64,000 nt of DNA from Candidatus Bathyarchaeota archaeon (GTDB lineage: Archaea > Thermoproteota > Bathyarchaeia > Bathyarchaeales > Bathycorpusculaceae). Positions 20,108 through 30,352 of the stretch are shown one piece after another (within the stretch, counting starts at the first letter, position 1; every line of letters begins with the position of its first letter). The notes below the pieces were generated by a model. The model worked only from the letters and a program-made list of their open reading frames with translations. It made no database searches and was not told the DNA's origin. Position numbers and translations under genes: made by a program. Location of the stretch: the NCBI GenBank assembly GCA_963827165.1, contig CAWGZR010000005.1, positions 224,001 through 288,000 on the forward strand, given 5' to 3'.

Positions 20108-20287
20108 ATGGTAAAAATAGTTGTTGACCCTAAATGCACTGGCTGCGAAACATGCGTAAACACTTGTCCTGTCGGCGTCTACGAAATCAAAGACGGCAAA
20201 TCTACTCCATCCAAAAGTAGCGAATGCTTAGTCTGCAGAGCATGCGAAGCACAGTGTCCTGAAGGCGCAATTCAAGTAATCGAGTAA
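20108..20287 (+). CDS. 2x[4Fe-4S] ferredoxin, 59 aa (absent from ORF track)
   Basis: MVKIVVDPKCTGCETCVNTCP...ECLVCRACEAQCPEGAI; GAGGT RBS upstream. Confidence 0.93.
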   Translation: MVKIVVDPKCTGCETCVNTCPVGVYEIKDGKSTPSKSSECLVCRACEAQCPEGAIQVIE

Positions 20288-20767
20288 AACCAGCTTAAGT
20301 TTAATTACGCGTGCATCTCTCAATTAACAGAGAATGAGAGATAAACCCCTTCTTTTAGTTAATTTTTGTTTTTCGTTTTCCGGCAAAAGTCGTAAATGAT
20401 TATGTCTGCTCTCGGGTCTTATTTGCAATTCTAATCTTCAATGTTCCAGAGAAATCGGATAATTTTTGAAATCTGCTCCACTGTCGCCTGGTCAGTTTTT
20501 TGTTCTTCTTCAATGTTTTTGAGGGGAATAGAGGTTACCATGAACAAAGGATATTGGCTGCTTTTGTAATAACGGTTATGTTGGCGTGTACTTCGAACTT
20601 CGAAGTGGCGCAAAAAGGGTGTGAAGCGTTTTGACATTTTTATGCCTATTTGCTCAGTCAAAGTCAGCTGTTGCGAACTACAATTGCCAAGTTTTGATGG
20701 CACAAGAGTAAAATGGCAGTTTTTGGCGGGTAACAGTTATATGGCAAAAGCGTCGAGTAGTGTCATT

Positions 20768-21043
20768 ATGGCAGACAAAATCCACTGTGCTCACATACTT
20801 GTCAAGACAGAAACAGAAGCAAAAAACATCAAAGGCAAACTCGACAAAGGAGAAAAATTCGGCGCACTAGCCAAAAACTTCAGTCAATGCTCATCTTCAA
20901 AGAACGGCGGAGACCTTGGTACCTTCACAAGGGGCAAGATGGTTAAAGAATTCGAAAAGTCGGCGTTTGCGCTCCAAAAAGGTCAGACTTCCGAACCTGT
21001 CAAGACACAGTTTGGGTATCACATAATAAAACGTCTAGAATAA
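20768..21043 (+). CDS. Parvulin-type peptidyl-prolyl isomerase
   Basis: AHILVK, GGDLG.F..GKMVKEFE, PVKTQFGYHII. Confidence 0.93.
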   Translation: MADKIHCAHILVKTETEAKNIKGKLDKGEKFGALAKNFSQCSSSKNGGDLGTFTRGKMVKEFEKSAFALQKGQTSEPVKTQFGYHIIKRLE

Positions 21044-21282
21044 GCAATTGCCCATCTAGAAGACAACTTGCCTAGCACATAACTCGTGATTTTGACTTTT
21101 TCTAAAAGGCAGTTTGATTCAATAAATTAAGGGTGAAAAGTTGGTCAAATATTTTTTTCGATGACTTTGACCAATAATAAATGAATAATTCATTTGCCCA
21201 CCCCAAACAATTGGATCTTGATTTTTGAAGCCTGAGTAGTCAATTTTTTCCATAGGTTCACGAAACCTAACGAGAGATATGC

Positions 21283-22989
21283 ATGCTGGTCACTGCTGGA
21301 GTCCTCGCGGGCTGGATTTATGGCGTGATAAGCATCTTCTTGCTCCCTTCCGCGGGGCAGCCGGGCTCAGGCTACATGGAAGTCGCAATCGGCATATTGG
21401 CGTTTGCATTGCTGGGAAGATACATCGAAGAGCTAATTCGACGTCGAAGCGCCGCTTCGATAAGAAAGCTGCTCGAACTTCAGCCAACTATGGCGAGGGT
21501 CATCAAAGATGGCAAGGAAACCGACATTTCAATTCACAATTGTTGTTAAACCGGGTGAAAAAATTCTGATCGATGGCACGATGACCGCGGGGTATTCGTC
21601 AGTCCATGAAGAGTTGCTCACTGGTGAAAGCATCCCCGCTGAGAAAACTGTCGGAAACGAAGTGGTAGGCGGCACAATCAACAAAACAGGACTCCTCACA
21701 ATTACGGCGACGCGTGCCGGCGAAACCGCCCTGTCACAAATTGTACATCTTGTTGAAGAAGCGCAGGCTTCAAGCGCTCCAGTACAAAGGTTTGCTGACC
21801 GCATCGTCAAATGGTTTGTTCCCATTATCTTGACCGCCGCAACCATTTCGTTCTCCTACTGGTTTATCACAAGCGGCAATTTTACAACAGCATTCTTGGT
21901 GTTGTTGGCTGTAATATTGATTTCATGTCCGTGCGCTCTGGAAATAGCAACTCCTACAACAATTCTTGCAATGTGTCGGAAAAGGCGCTGAATACGGCAT
22001 TCTCCTTCGAAATGGCGAATACGTCGAGAAAGCAAGAAAGCTAACGACAGTCGTCTTCGACAAAACGGGTACCTTAACAAAAGGTGAGCCAAGTGTAACC
22101 GACATCAAAACCTACAACGGTTTTAACGAACTGTCGGTGCTAGAGTATGCGGGCTCAGCGTAGAAGGGTTCCTAGCATCATTTGACGGAGGCAATACTTG
22201 TAAAACCTGAATCCGACAAAGCGCGCATCAACCAGGCAGATAATTTTGAAGCCTTACCTGGCAGAGGAGTTCAGTGTAGTGTCGGAACCAAAAAGGTCCT
22301 TCTTGGCAATCGCACCTTAATGCAGGAAAAAGGCGTGTCCCTCGGCGAGGCAGAAGCTGATTTGGAATTGTTGGAAACGCAGGGAAAAACCGTCGCTATA
22401 TTGGCTGTAGACGGCAAGAGTGTCGGATTAATCGCAGCTATGGATACCCCGAAGGAAAGTGCTGCCGAAGCAGTGAAGCAAATGAAAGATTGGAAATTGC
22501 AATTCTAACGGGGCGACAACGAGCGAACCGCACGGGCAATCGCAGACCAGCTCGGAATAACGCAAGTGTTCGCTAATGTTCTGCCTTGGCAAAAAGCCAA
22601 TGTCATCAAAGAGTTGCAGGCCAAAGGCAAAGTGGTGGCCATGGTAGGCGACGGAATAAACGATGACCCGGCATTGGCAACCGCCGACATCGGCATCGCA
22701 ATCGCCAGCGGAACCGGCATTGCAAAAGAAACCGGGGGCATAGTGCTCATACGGGACGACCTGCGCGGCGTGGCCCTAGGAATCGAACTCCAAGAAAACA
22801 ATGCGTAAAATCGATACAAACCTCTTCTGGGCTTTCGCCAACAACTCTATCATGATACCAGTTGCCGCTGCCGGGCTGCTCAACCCAATGTACGCGGCGA
22901 GGGCAATGGCGATAAGCAGCTTAACGGTGGTCAGCAACTCGGCTCTGCTCAAGTTGGCTAAATTTAAATCGAAGAAAGTTAATGACTAA
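21283..22989 (+). pseudogene. copA: Copper-type P1B ATPase (CopA-like) pseudogene
   Basis: Ordered fragments with TGES, CPC, DKTGT, GDGIND in different frames; in-frame TAG at 22161 and 22173; N-terminus missing. Confidence 0.9.
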
Positions 22990-23017
22990 CCTAGACATTT
23001 TGGAGGTGAAAACTGAT

Positions 23018-23176
23018 ATGGCTAAAGATCCAGTTTGCGGCATGATGGTTGACGAGAAAACTGCTAAACTAAAATGCGACTACAAAGGTAAAACGTTCTA
23101 CTTCTGCGCGGATTCATGCAAAAAGACCTTCGAGAAGAATCCATCAAAATTCGCCGGCGCTTCCAAGAAAGCATAG
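23018..23176 (+). CDS. YHS/TRASH-domain metal-binding protein
   Basis: MAKDPVCGMMVD...FYFCADSCKKTF; GGAGGTGA RBS. Confidence 0.9.
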   Translation: MAKDPVCGMMVDEKTAKLKCDYKGKTFYFCADSCKKTFEKNPSKFAGASKKA

Positions 23177-23459
23177 GTCAATCAAGAGTACGCTTTTAGA
23201 TTGCTTTTCTTTTTGTTCGCGCTCTTTTTTTATGGCTTTTTCAATTTCTTCCCGTTTCATGTATCGGCTGATACGTGGAAAAGGTTCGTTGGTTTCCAGG
23301 TCGATTGGCAATTCCAGTTATGCATTTATAACCGTAATGAGCCTTTGAGAGAGCATTGCATAGTTCCTCCTTTTTCGTGGAAGCCCCTGCTATTTTTCGA
23401 TTTTCATTCCTTGTAGATCCGCAGCGGGTTTTTGGCTCACTTAGGTATCTGCGCCACCC

Positions 23460-24104
23460 TCAGAAGGCGCCCAAAAGTACGTGTTCAGCGAACAAATCTT
23501 CATTGAACGCCCCGACAAACTCAATTTTCTCATTGATAACGATTTTCGGCACGCCAATCACATTGTACTTCATGGCTAAATCGGGAAACTCGCCGCTGTC
23601 GATAACGTCTGCCTTCACCAATTCGCATTCAACCGCCAATTTGTGAGCAACTGCAGCTGCCGCAGGGCAGTGAGGGCACGTTAAGCTTACAAAGACTTGG
23701 ATGTGAACTGGCGATTTGACTTCTTTAAGAATCGATTTAGTATTCTCTGAGAGGTCGGTTGTACCTTTTGAAACTGTGATTATCGCTTCAATCAACGTTT
23801 GCAACTCGTACCCGTAAGGGATGCCGTAGAGTCTCACGCCGTAGTCTTTCTTGCCGATTATAGCCAATGCAGGTATCTTGTCAATTCCAAGTTCTTTGGC
23901 TCGGGATGCATCCGCCACAAAATCAAGAACCTCCAAGGTTATCTTGCTGTTGAGAGGCGGCAATTCCTGCACTAATGCTCTTGTTTGGCTGCAATATTGA
24001 CATTCAATCTCTTGAGTGAACATGATAATTTTGACTGGATCAACCAGCTTCTCATTAAAATCGACCTTAAGCAACTCTTTCTTGTCATCGGGGATCAAAC
24101 TCAA
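23460..24104 (-). CDS. Protein disulfide oxidoreductase (two thioredoxin folds)
   Basis: CQYC and CPHC motifs, GIP.GYE, GVPKIVIN. Confidence 0.92.
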   Translation of the reverse strand: MSLIPDDKKELLKVDFNEKLVDPVKIIMFTQEIECQYCSQTRALVQELPPLNSKITLEVLDFVADASRAKELGIDKIPALAIIGKKDYGVRLYGIPYGYELQTLIEAIITVSKGTTDLSENTKSILKEVKSPVHIQVFVSLTCPHCPAAAAVAHKLAVECELVKADVIDSGEFPDLAMKYNVIGVPKIVINEKIEFVGAFNEDLFAEHVLLGAF

Positions 24105-24288
24105 AACCTAAACCTCCAAAATCTCTTGGCAATTCCACTAATAGACTAATTGCTCAGGCATATATTGATTTTCGAATTTTTAAATGGGCGAGGAAGCTTT
24201 CTCGAAAAAGAATTGTAAACACAATCCATATAAACGAAGGCAACTATCAAACTTTGATTTTTGCCTGTCTCTTTCGGAGATGTAAAAC

Positions 24289-24708
24289 TTGACTACAAAA
24301 ATGCATGCAAACGCTAAATTGATTGAGGGTTTCCAAATAATCCTAGATGACGGCGAGGCCCACAGCACAATCGTCGATCTTGCGCCTGACCTTGGAACCG
24401 GGTTAGGACCTAGCTCTCTTGAACTATGTGTGATGAGTCATGCGGGCTGCTATATCACGATCCTCGCTTTGGTCGCTAAAAAAATGCATTTAATACTCAA
24501 AGGCGCGAGGGTTGGGGTTGAAGCTGTGAAGTCGGAGGAAACTGGAACCATCAGTGAAGAAACCTTTGAGATCAGCATTAAGAGTGATGCGAATATGGAC
24601 AGGATTGAGCGCCTACATAAGTTAACACTCGAAACATGCCCCGTCGGGATACTTTTCGAGAAGGCAGGAGTAAAAATAAGCTACAAGCTAAACGTAACCA
24701 AGGAGTAA
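24289..24708 (+). CDS. OsmC-family protein
   Basis: GPSSLEL....AGC and C-terminal CPV. Confidence 0.85.
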   Translation: MTTKMHANAKLIEGFQIILDDGEAHSTIVDLAPDLGTGLGPSSLELCVMSHAGCYITILALVAKKMHLILKGARVGVEAVKSEETGTISEETFEISIKSDANMDRIERLHKLTLETCPVGILFEKAGVKISYKLNVTKE

Positions 24709-24713
24709 AAATT

Positions 24714-25901
24714 ATGCCAAACGTCGTTTTGAAGGAAAATATAAACTGGGTCGGCGTGGTCGACTGGAACATACGTGATTTCCACGGATACACCACGAGT
24801 CGCGGCACCAGCTATAACGCATATCTTATCAGAGACGAAAAAACCGCGCTCATCGACACGGTGAAATGCAATTTCGTGGAAGAACTTGCACGGAACGTGG
24901 AAGAATTGACAGGTTTTGAAAAAATCGATTACATAATAGTTAATCACGTGGAGATGGATCATTCAGGTGGCCTTCCTGAAATCGCCAAGCTAGCGAAGAA
25001 CGCCAAAATAGTCGCGTGTCAGAGAGGAAAAGACGCGCTTGTCGAACATTACGGCGCCGAATTCAACAGCGTTGAAGTTGTCAAGACTGGCGATGAACTT
25101 AAGCTTGGAAAACACACGTTGCGGTTTTTAGAGACGCCGATGATACATTGGCCTGACAGCATGTTCACTTACGTTGTTGAAGACAAAATCTTGATGTCAA
25201 ACGACGCTTTCGGGGAACATTATGCGACCTCGGAACGCTTCGACGACGAGGTTGACCAGCAGGAACTCATGGAGGAAGCCCGAACCTACTTTGCGAACAT
25301 TTTGATGCCTATTGCGCCGCTGATCACACGCAAAATTCAGGAAGTTGTCCAGATGGGCATCCCAATCGAAATCATAGCACCTGACCACGGCGTTATCTGG
25401 CGGAAAGATCCCTCCAAAATCATCAACGCGTACCTCCAATGGAGCGCATTCACTTCAGTGCAGAAGGTCGTGGTCGTTTTTGATACGATGTGGGGAAGCA
25501 CAGATAAGATGGCGAGAGCCATAGAAGAGGGTTTGGCAAACGAAGGAGTCGAAGTCAAGCTTCTCAAACTCCGAGCGACGGACAACACAGACATCGTGAC
25601 CGAAATCTTGGAAGCTAAAGCCGTAGTCGTCGGTTCCCCAACCCTAAATAGCCAGATGTTTCCTACGCTGGGCTCCTTTCTTACCTATATAACTGGGTTG
25701 AAGCCTAGGGGCAAGCTCTGGGCGTTTTTCGGCTCTTTCGGATGGGGAGGTGGTGCTGTGAGGGGGATGGTGGAAACGGCCAAGAAAGCAGGCTTCGATG
25801 TCTACGAGCCAACAATCGAAGTCAAATACGTTCCAGACGAAGAAGACCTCAAAAAATGCTTTGACTTTGGACAACAAATTGCCAAAAAAATCAAAGCCTA
25901 A
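24714..25901 (+). CDS. fprA: Flavodiiron protein FprA (O2/NO reductase)
   Basis: GTSYNAYLI, HVEMDHSG, HWPDSM, DAFGEH, PDHG, C-terminal flavodoxin TMWGST. Confidence 0.95.
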   Translation: MPNVVLKENINWVGVVDWNIRDFHGYTTSRGTSYNAYLIRDEKTALIDTVKCNFVEELARNVEELTGFEKIDYIIVNHVEMDHSGGLPEIAKLAKNAKIVACQRGKDALVEHYGAEFNSVEVVKTGDELKLGKHTLRFLETPMIHWPDSMFTYVVEDKILMSNDAFGEHYATSERFDDEVDQQELMEEARTYFANILMPIAPLITRKIQEVVQMGIPIEIIAPDHGVIWRKDPSKIINAYLQWSAFTSVQKVVVVFDTMWGSTDKMARAIEEGLANEGVEVKLLKLRATDNTDIVTEILEAKAVVVGSPTLNSQMFPTLGSFLTYITGLKPRGKLWAFFGSFGWGGGAVRGMVETAKKAGFDVYEPTIEVKYVPDEEDLKKCFDFGQQIAKKIKA

Positions 25902-26025
25902 CCCCCACCCCGCTTCATTTCTTTTCTGACTAAATCCTTACCAACGGAGCGGTTAGCCAAAGTGTTAATTTCTAAAAAAGACAGAAATGGAAAAAAGTGA
26001 AAAACAAAAAGGGTTGTTACGACGC

Positions 26026-26529
26026 CTACTTTACGAGCATGAATTTCTCTTTCGGCGTACTGCAGATCGGGCATTTATCAGGCGCGGATCCTTCAAACGT
26101 GTTTCCGCAAACTGGACACACCCAATAATCTGCTTTCGGCGGCTGCGTCTTGTTTTTCAGGGCGTCAAGCGCTTTCTGATACATAGCTGCGTGGATTTGT
26201 TCAACTTGATTCGCGAATTCAAAGCTTACTTCAGCTTTTTTGTTCCCTTCCTTCTTGGCTTCAGCGATGAATTCAGGATACATTTTTTTGAACTCGTAGG
26301 TTTCGCCGCTGACTGCTGTGCCGAGGTTGTCGCTGGTTGATTTCACATGTCCCATCACCTTCAGATGGTTGAGCGCGTGTACCGTTTCCGCTTCAGCTGC
26401 TGCCCTGAAAAGTTTAGCAATTTGGGGAAAGCCTTCCTCATCCGCTTTTTTTGCGAAGGCCAGGTACATTCGATTTGCTTGGGATTCGCCTGCGAATGCG
26501 TCCTTGAGGTTCTGTTCGGTTTTAGTCAT
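26026..26529 (-). CDS. rbr: Rubrerythrin
   Basis: AFAGESQA, EAETVHA, EQIHA, CPVCG...CPIC. Confidence 0.95.
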   Translation of the reverse strand: MTKTEQNLKDAFAGESQANRMYLAFAKKADEEGFPQIAKLFRAAAEAETVHALNHLKVMGHVKSTSDNLGTAVSGETYEFKKMYPEFIAEAKKEGNKKAEVSFEFANQVEQIHAAMYQKALDALKNKTQPPKADYWVCPVCGNTFEGSAPDKCPICSTPKEKFMLVK

Positions 26530-26809
26530 AAAAATCACTGCAAATACTAAAATAAAATGAAAGTTATAAGCTAATCTGATCGTACCAATTTCGTTTAAGT
26601 CGTAATGGTCCTCACAAAATGTATCTTCAAAGTATCGTATTTCCCAAGATATTTGGCACTACCTATCGTTACTTCTACTCCGTGAACTCAAGAAGTTGCA
26701 ACGAAACCGCAAAAAGATGGAACTTCGGGATAAATCTGGCAACAGCTGGTTAAGGTAAAGTATATTAGTGGTTCTATCCTTTGGTTTGGTTTGATTTTTG
26801 GTGAGTTTT

Positions 26810-27424
26810 ATGGAGAAGATAAAATCGTTTAGTCTACCTAAATTGCCATATGATTACAACGCGCTTGAACCGTACATATCCGAAGCCCAGCTTAAACTGC
26901 ATCATGACAAACACCATCAAGCTTATGTTAACGGCGCAAACGCGGACTTTGAAAAACTTGACAAAGCACGCAAAGAAAACGCTGAAGTCGACATGAAAGC
27001 GTTACTCAAAGATTTATCCTTCAACGTCGGCGGCCATCTTCTGCACTCGATCTTTTGGGAAAACATGGCGCCATCCGGAAAAGGCGGAGGAGGACAACCT
27101 AGCGGAAAATTAGCTGACATGATTAGCAAGGAGTTCGGAAGCTTCGATCAGTTCAAGAAGGAATTCACGAAGGCCGCAGCAACCACCGAAGGTTCAGGAT
27201 GGGCCGCCTTAGCGGTTCATCCATGCATTGAGAGGCCGCTGATAATGCAGATTGAAAAACACAACGTCAATCTTTACCCTGCTTTCCAAATCCTGATGGT
27301 TCTGGACGTTTGGGAGCACGCGTACTACGTTGATTACAAGAACGAACGACCCAAATTCATCGAAGCCTTCTGGAACATCGTTAACTGGGACAGAGTCAGC
27401 AAGACCCTCAGCCTTCAAAAATAA
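26810..27424 (+). CDS. sod: Fe/Mn superoxide dismutase
   Basis: [29 protein letters not shown]. Confidence 0.96.
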   Translation: MEKIKSFSLPKLPYDYNALEPYISEAQLKLHHDKHHQAYVNGANADFEKLDKARKENAEVDMKALLKDLSFNVGGHLLHSIFWENMAPSGKGGGGQPSGKLADMISKEFGSFDQFKKEFTKAAATTEGSGWAALAVHPCIERPLIMQIEKHNVNLYPAFQILMVLDVWEHAYYVDYKNERPKFIEAFWNIVNWDRVSKTLSLQK

Positions 27425-27505
27425 GACAGCAAAAACTGCCATTCTTTTTTCTTTCAGTTTTTTGGCACAATTCTCAATTCGCCTTTTTAATCTGATAAAG
27501 AAGGG

Positions 27506-28165
27506 TTAGTTTCCGCTTTCGATTTTCTTAAGCAAGTCGCTTTGTCTTTTGGAGTAAACCATTGATAACCCTTTTTGAAGGAAAATCGAGATCGCCGCTA
27601 TGCTTTTGGAAGGGTCATTCCGCATCTTAATTGAATACAGGTGCACAAGTTTGATTCCCACTCGTTCTTTGGAAATCTGCCCCGTTGTCAGCCGTAGGGC
27701 AATCGTTACCGCGTCGTTTATTGAACCGCCTGCAGCAACGATCCTGATTTTTTCAAATTTTGCTAGCCGAAGCAGGCTTATTGTAACTAGTCGCTCAAAT
27801 GTCGCTGACCTGCTTACGCTTACCGTTTGCTCGTCAAGATCTTCAAACCCTTTTTCTTCTTGTTCAGCTACTTTGGCGTAATCCCACATTTGCTTTTGTC
27901 CAAGATGCACAGAAATGGCAGCTGCTTTCCCGAGTGTAGGCGCTGTAAGATTTCCGATGAATATGTCTTCAAGGTGGACGTTGGCGATTTCTGACGCCAT
28001 GATTACGGCTGAACACGCAAGAAAAATACCGTCGTTTATTCCCACAACGTCGACTTCGCCTGCTTCCAATATTCCAGAAATTATGCTTTCAACAACATCA
28101 GTGGTTTTTGCTGAAGCATCCACGGGAAGAACTGTTATGACTTTGCCTTTTGGTTCGCTGATCAT
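27506..28165 (-). CDS. Protein with two tandem Alba-like domains
   Basis: IRIVAAGGSINDAV...IAAISIFLQK resembles Alba IKARGRAISKAV...VSTIEI; degenerate copy in N-half. Confidence 0.6.
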   Translation of the reverse strand: MISEPKGKVITVLPVDASAKTTDVVESIISGILEAGEVDVVGINDGIFLACSAVIMASEIANVHLEDIFIGNLTAPTLGKAAAISVHLGQKQMWDYAKVAEQEEKGFEDLDEQTVSVSRSATFERLVTISLLRLAKFEKIRIVAAGGSINDAVTIALRLTTGQISKERVGIKLVHLYSIKMRNDPSKSIAAISIFLQKGLSMVYSKRQSDLLKKIESGN

Positions 28166-28237
28166 TCAGGTGCACCAGCATTATTTGGCGCATCTGCTAA
28201 TATAATGCTTGCCAATTTAAGAAAAAAGGCGAGCCGC

Positions 28238-28552
28238 TTAGTGCGGAGTGATTTTTATGGCTTGAGCCGGGCACTGCATTTCGCAAGCAAGGCACTGGAT
28301 GCAGTCCTGTTCGCGTGCTGGGTCAGATTTCTTTTCGCTTAGCGGGTGACCAGGCGATTCAGCCCAATCATACAGCGAAACGGGACAGACATCGATGCAC
28401 ACGCCATCTCCAACGCAGCTATCCCAATCTACCGCGCTTGTTGTTCCATGAATTCCCAGTTTCTGCGGGGCCACTACAGGTCCCCAAACTTTGTGTCCAT
28501 TATGTTCGCCAACAACTTGGCGTTTTGTTTGAAAATCAGGGTCTATTGGCAA
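28238..28552 (-). CDS. Zinc-containing dicluster ferredoxin (Zfx type)
   Basis: IDPDF..RQVVGEHNGHKVWGP...LGIHG N-extension; CVGDGVC..CP and CIQCLAC...CP. Confidence 0.88.
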   Translation of the reverse strand: MPIDPDFQTKRQVVGEHNGHKVWGPVVAPQKLGIHGTTSAVDWDSCVGDGVCIDVCPVSLYDWAESPGHPLSEKKSDPAREQDCIQCLACEMQCPAQAIKITPH

Positions 28553-28757
28553 AAAATTTCACCACTAAAAATCAGCCAAACGCGCCATATTAGGTTTTCT
28601 ACTTTTCAACGCCATCACTTTTACTCACCTCTCTACTAGCCCGCAATGTCGTTTGAAGTAGTACTTTAAAAGGCAAAAATAGTCCTTCTCCCGTCCTTCA
28701 CCATAAGGAGAACCAAGAGAATGTACAAGCAACCAATTTTCATAGGGGACGTGGACT

Positions 28758-29021
28758 TTGGGTAAAACAGTTGTATCATACCGAATTGCGATAGAAGATG
28801 AAATACGTATGTGGAATGGTTTTGCAAAGGCGTTAAGGATTGAAGATAGAGAAGCCTTTGAGGCTTTAATGGATGCCTGCCGTAGCTACGCTTCAGCTGG
28901 AAGCAACGCGACGCGGCCCATCATCTTTGAACCTATGGTCATCTCCATCCTACTGGCACAGCAAAAAAAAATTGTGCGTTTAGAGAAGGCGTTAAATGCA
29001 GAGCGAGCCAAAACAAGCTAA
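28758..29021 (+). CDS. Small helical protein of the type encoded with archaeal PolB2 (arCOG07300-like)
   Basis: MGKTVVSYR...W.GFAKALR.EDREAFE.LM. Confidence 0.7.
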   Translation: MGKTVVSYRIAIEDEIRMWNGFAKALRIEDREAFEALMDACRSYASAGSNATRPIIFEPMVISILLAQQKKIVRLEKALNAERAKTS

Positions 29022-29050
29022 AGGCTAGCTGCTGGATGTTTACCCTGTAA
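28996..29050 (+). pseudogene. Possible N-terminal stub of DNA polymerase B2
   Basis: ATG overlapping previous gene reads MQSEPKQAKG*LLDVYP (TGG>TAG in a GWLLDVYP-like motif). Confidence 0.5.
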
Positions 29051-29121
29051 CTTTGACTATTAGTTTTTTGGGGTCTTCCGCAAGACATTTTTGGGCAGTC
29101 GCCTTATTCTATGTGGTTTAA

Positions 29122-29901
29122 ATGTTTCAATACTACTTGCCTGTCGGAATGAGATATGCTACTCTGGAGGAAAGAAAACATTTCTACAGCAGCGAATTTG
29201 ACCTGCAACGGGTTTCGGAGTGGCTTGGCAACAGGAGCGGGCGGGTAAAGTTTGCAATTATCATGGGCAGGCACACAAAGATTTTCCCAGAAAAGTATCG
29301 GGAGGACGCCTCAACAACCATAATAATAGATGAGTACGCGGGACTGGAAGACGTGAGGAGGCAGATTTTGGAGTTTTTGCCTGAAGCAGTGTACTACGAT
29401 CGAAACGTCTACGACCAAAGCGAAATCAAGACAGGGCAGGAACTCGCCTTTGACCTTGACCCAGAAAATATAACATGCCCAATCCATGGTAGCTTGGCAG
29501 ACAAGATGAAAAAAGGGCAGGGTTTGAGTTTCTGCGAGTTGGAGTTGCAGATGGTTCAGAAGGAAGCAGTGAGGCTTTTTGATTTTTTGACCGCCCGTTT
29601 TTCAAGCGTTAAAGCGGTTTATTCAGGCAGAGGTTTCCACCTTCACGTTTTAGATCCGCAGGCTTACGGGCTTAGCGTTCAGGAAAGGCTAAAGCTTGCG
29701 CAGCGGGTGAAGAGCGAGGGCTTGCATATTGACGAGTGGGTTACTTCGGGAGAAATGCGCCTCATACGACTCCCATACAGCCTCAACGGGTTAGTGTCGC
29801 GAATTGTTCTGCCATTGACAAAAGATGAATTGTCAAACTTCGATCCCATCCATGATCCCCAGGCCCTGCCTGAATTTCTCGGCACAAAAGCCACTTCTTA
29901 A
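29122..29901 (+). CDS. Archaeo-eukaryotic primase small-subunit-like protein (stand-alone PriS paralog)
   Basis: ELAFDLD, YSGRGFHLHV, RLIRLPYSLNG; CPIH. Confidence 0.85.
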   Translation: MFQYYLPVGMRYATLEERKHFYSSEFDLQRVSEWLGNRSGRVKFAIIMGRHTKIFPEKYREDASTTIIIDEYAGLEDVRRQILEFLPEAVYYDRNVYDQSEIKTGQELAFDLDPENITCPIHGSLADKMKKGQGLSFCELELQMVQKEAVRLFDFLTARFSSVKAVYSGRGFHLHVLDPQAYGLSVQERLKLAQRVKSEGLHIDEWVTSGEMRLIRLPYSLNGLVSRIVLPLTKDELSNFDPIHDPQALPEFLGTKATS

Positions 29902-30139
29902 CTGATTTGACTTGTCATATTCTTATGAAATAAGATCAGCAGGCGAACTGCAAAGAATTTTCTCATATAAAGAGCCAAGACAACAAATTCCGATGTCTTC
30001 AAGCAGGTCGAGAACTAAAACGTGGTTTTTCCCTAACCCAAACAGGTTGGAACCAAAATACCGTTGCCACTAACGAAAGATAAGCTAAAGAGCTTCGGCG
30101 CTGCCTGGCAAGACGCCTCAAGGTGACTTGGTGGGAAAG

Positions 30140-30238
30140 CTACTTTTTGACTTCTTTGGCTTTTTTCTCTTTCTTGCTGTAATAAGCTTTCTTTTTCTTT
30201 TCTTCTTCTGCCTTTGTCGGTTTAGCTGGTTTTGCCAT
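30140..30238 (-). CDS. 32-aa Lys-rich microprotein
   Basis: MAKPAKPTKAEEEKKKKAYYSKKEKKAKEVKK*; GAGGG upstream of ATG. Confidence 0.5.
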   Translation of the reverse strand: MAKPAKPTKAEEEKKKKAYYSKKEKKAKEVKK

Positions 30239-30352
30239 TAAAACCCTCAATCAAATTATCCATAACTTGCATAAAAGATTTTCCAATCACAAAATTTGTT
30301 GAAAAGTTTATTTGCCTTGCCTCTTCTCCTTTTGTAGTAATGAGGGGTTGTT

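Noticed and set aside
20431-20703. Minus-strand 90-aa ORF
   Set aside because: No recognisable motif or RBS; could be a remnant but unsupported
23180-23450. Minus-strand charged reading (PIDLETNEPFPRISRYMKREEIEKAIKKERE)
   Set aside because: Looks protein-like but has no clear start or family and runs into the YHS gene; cannot be supported
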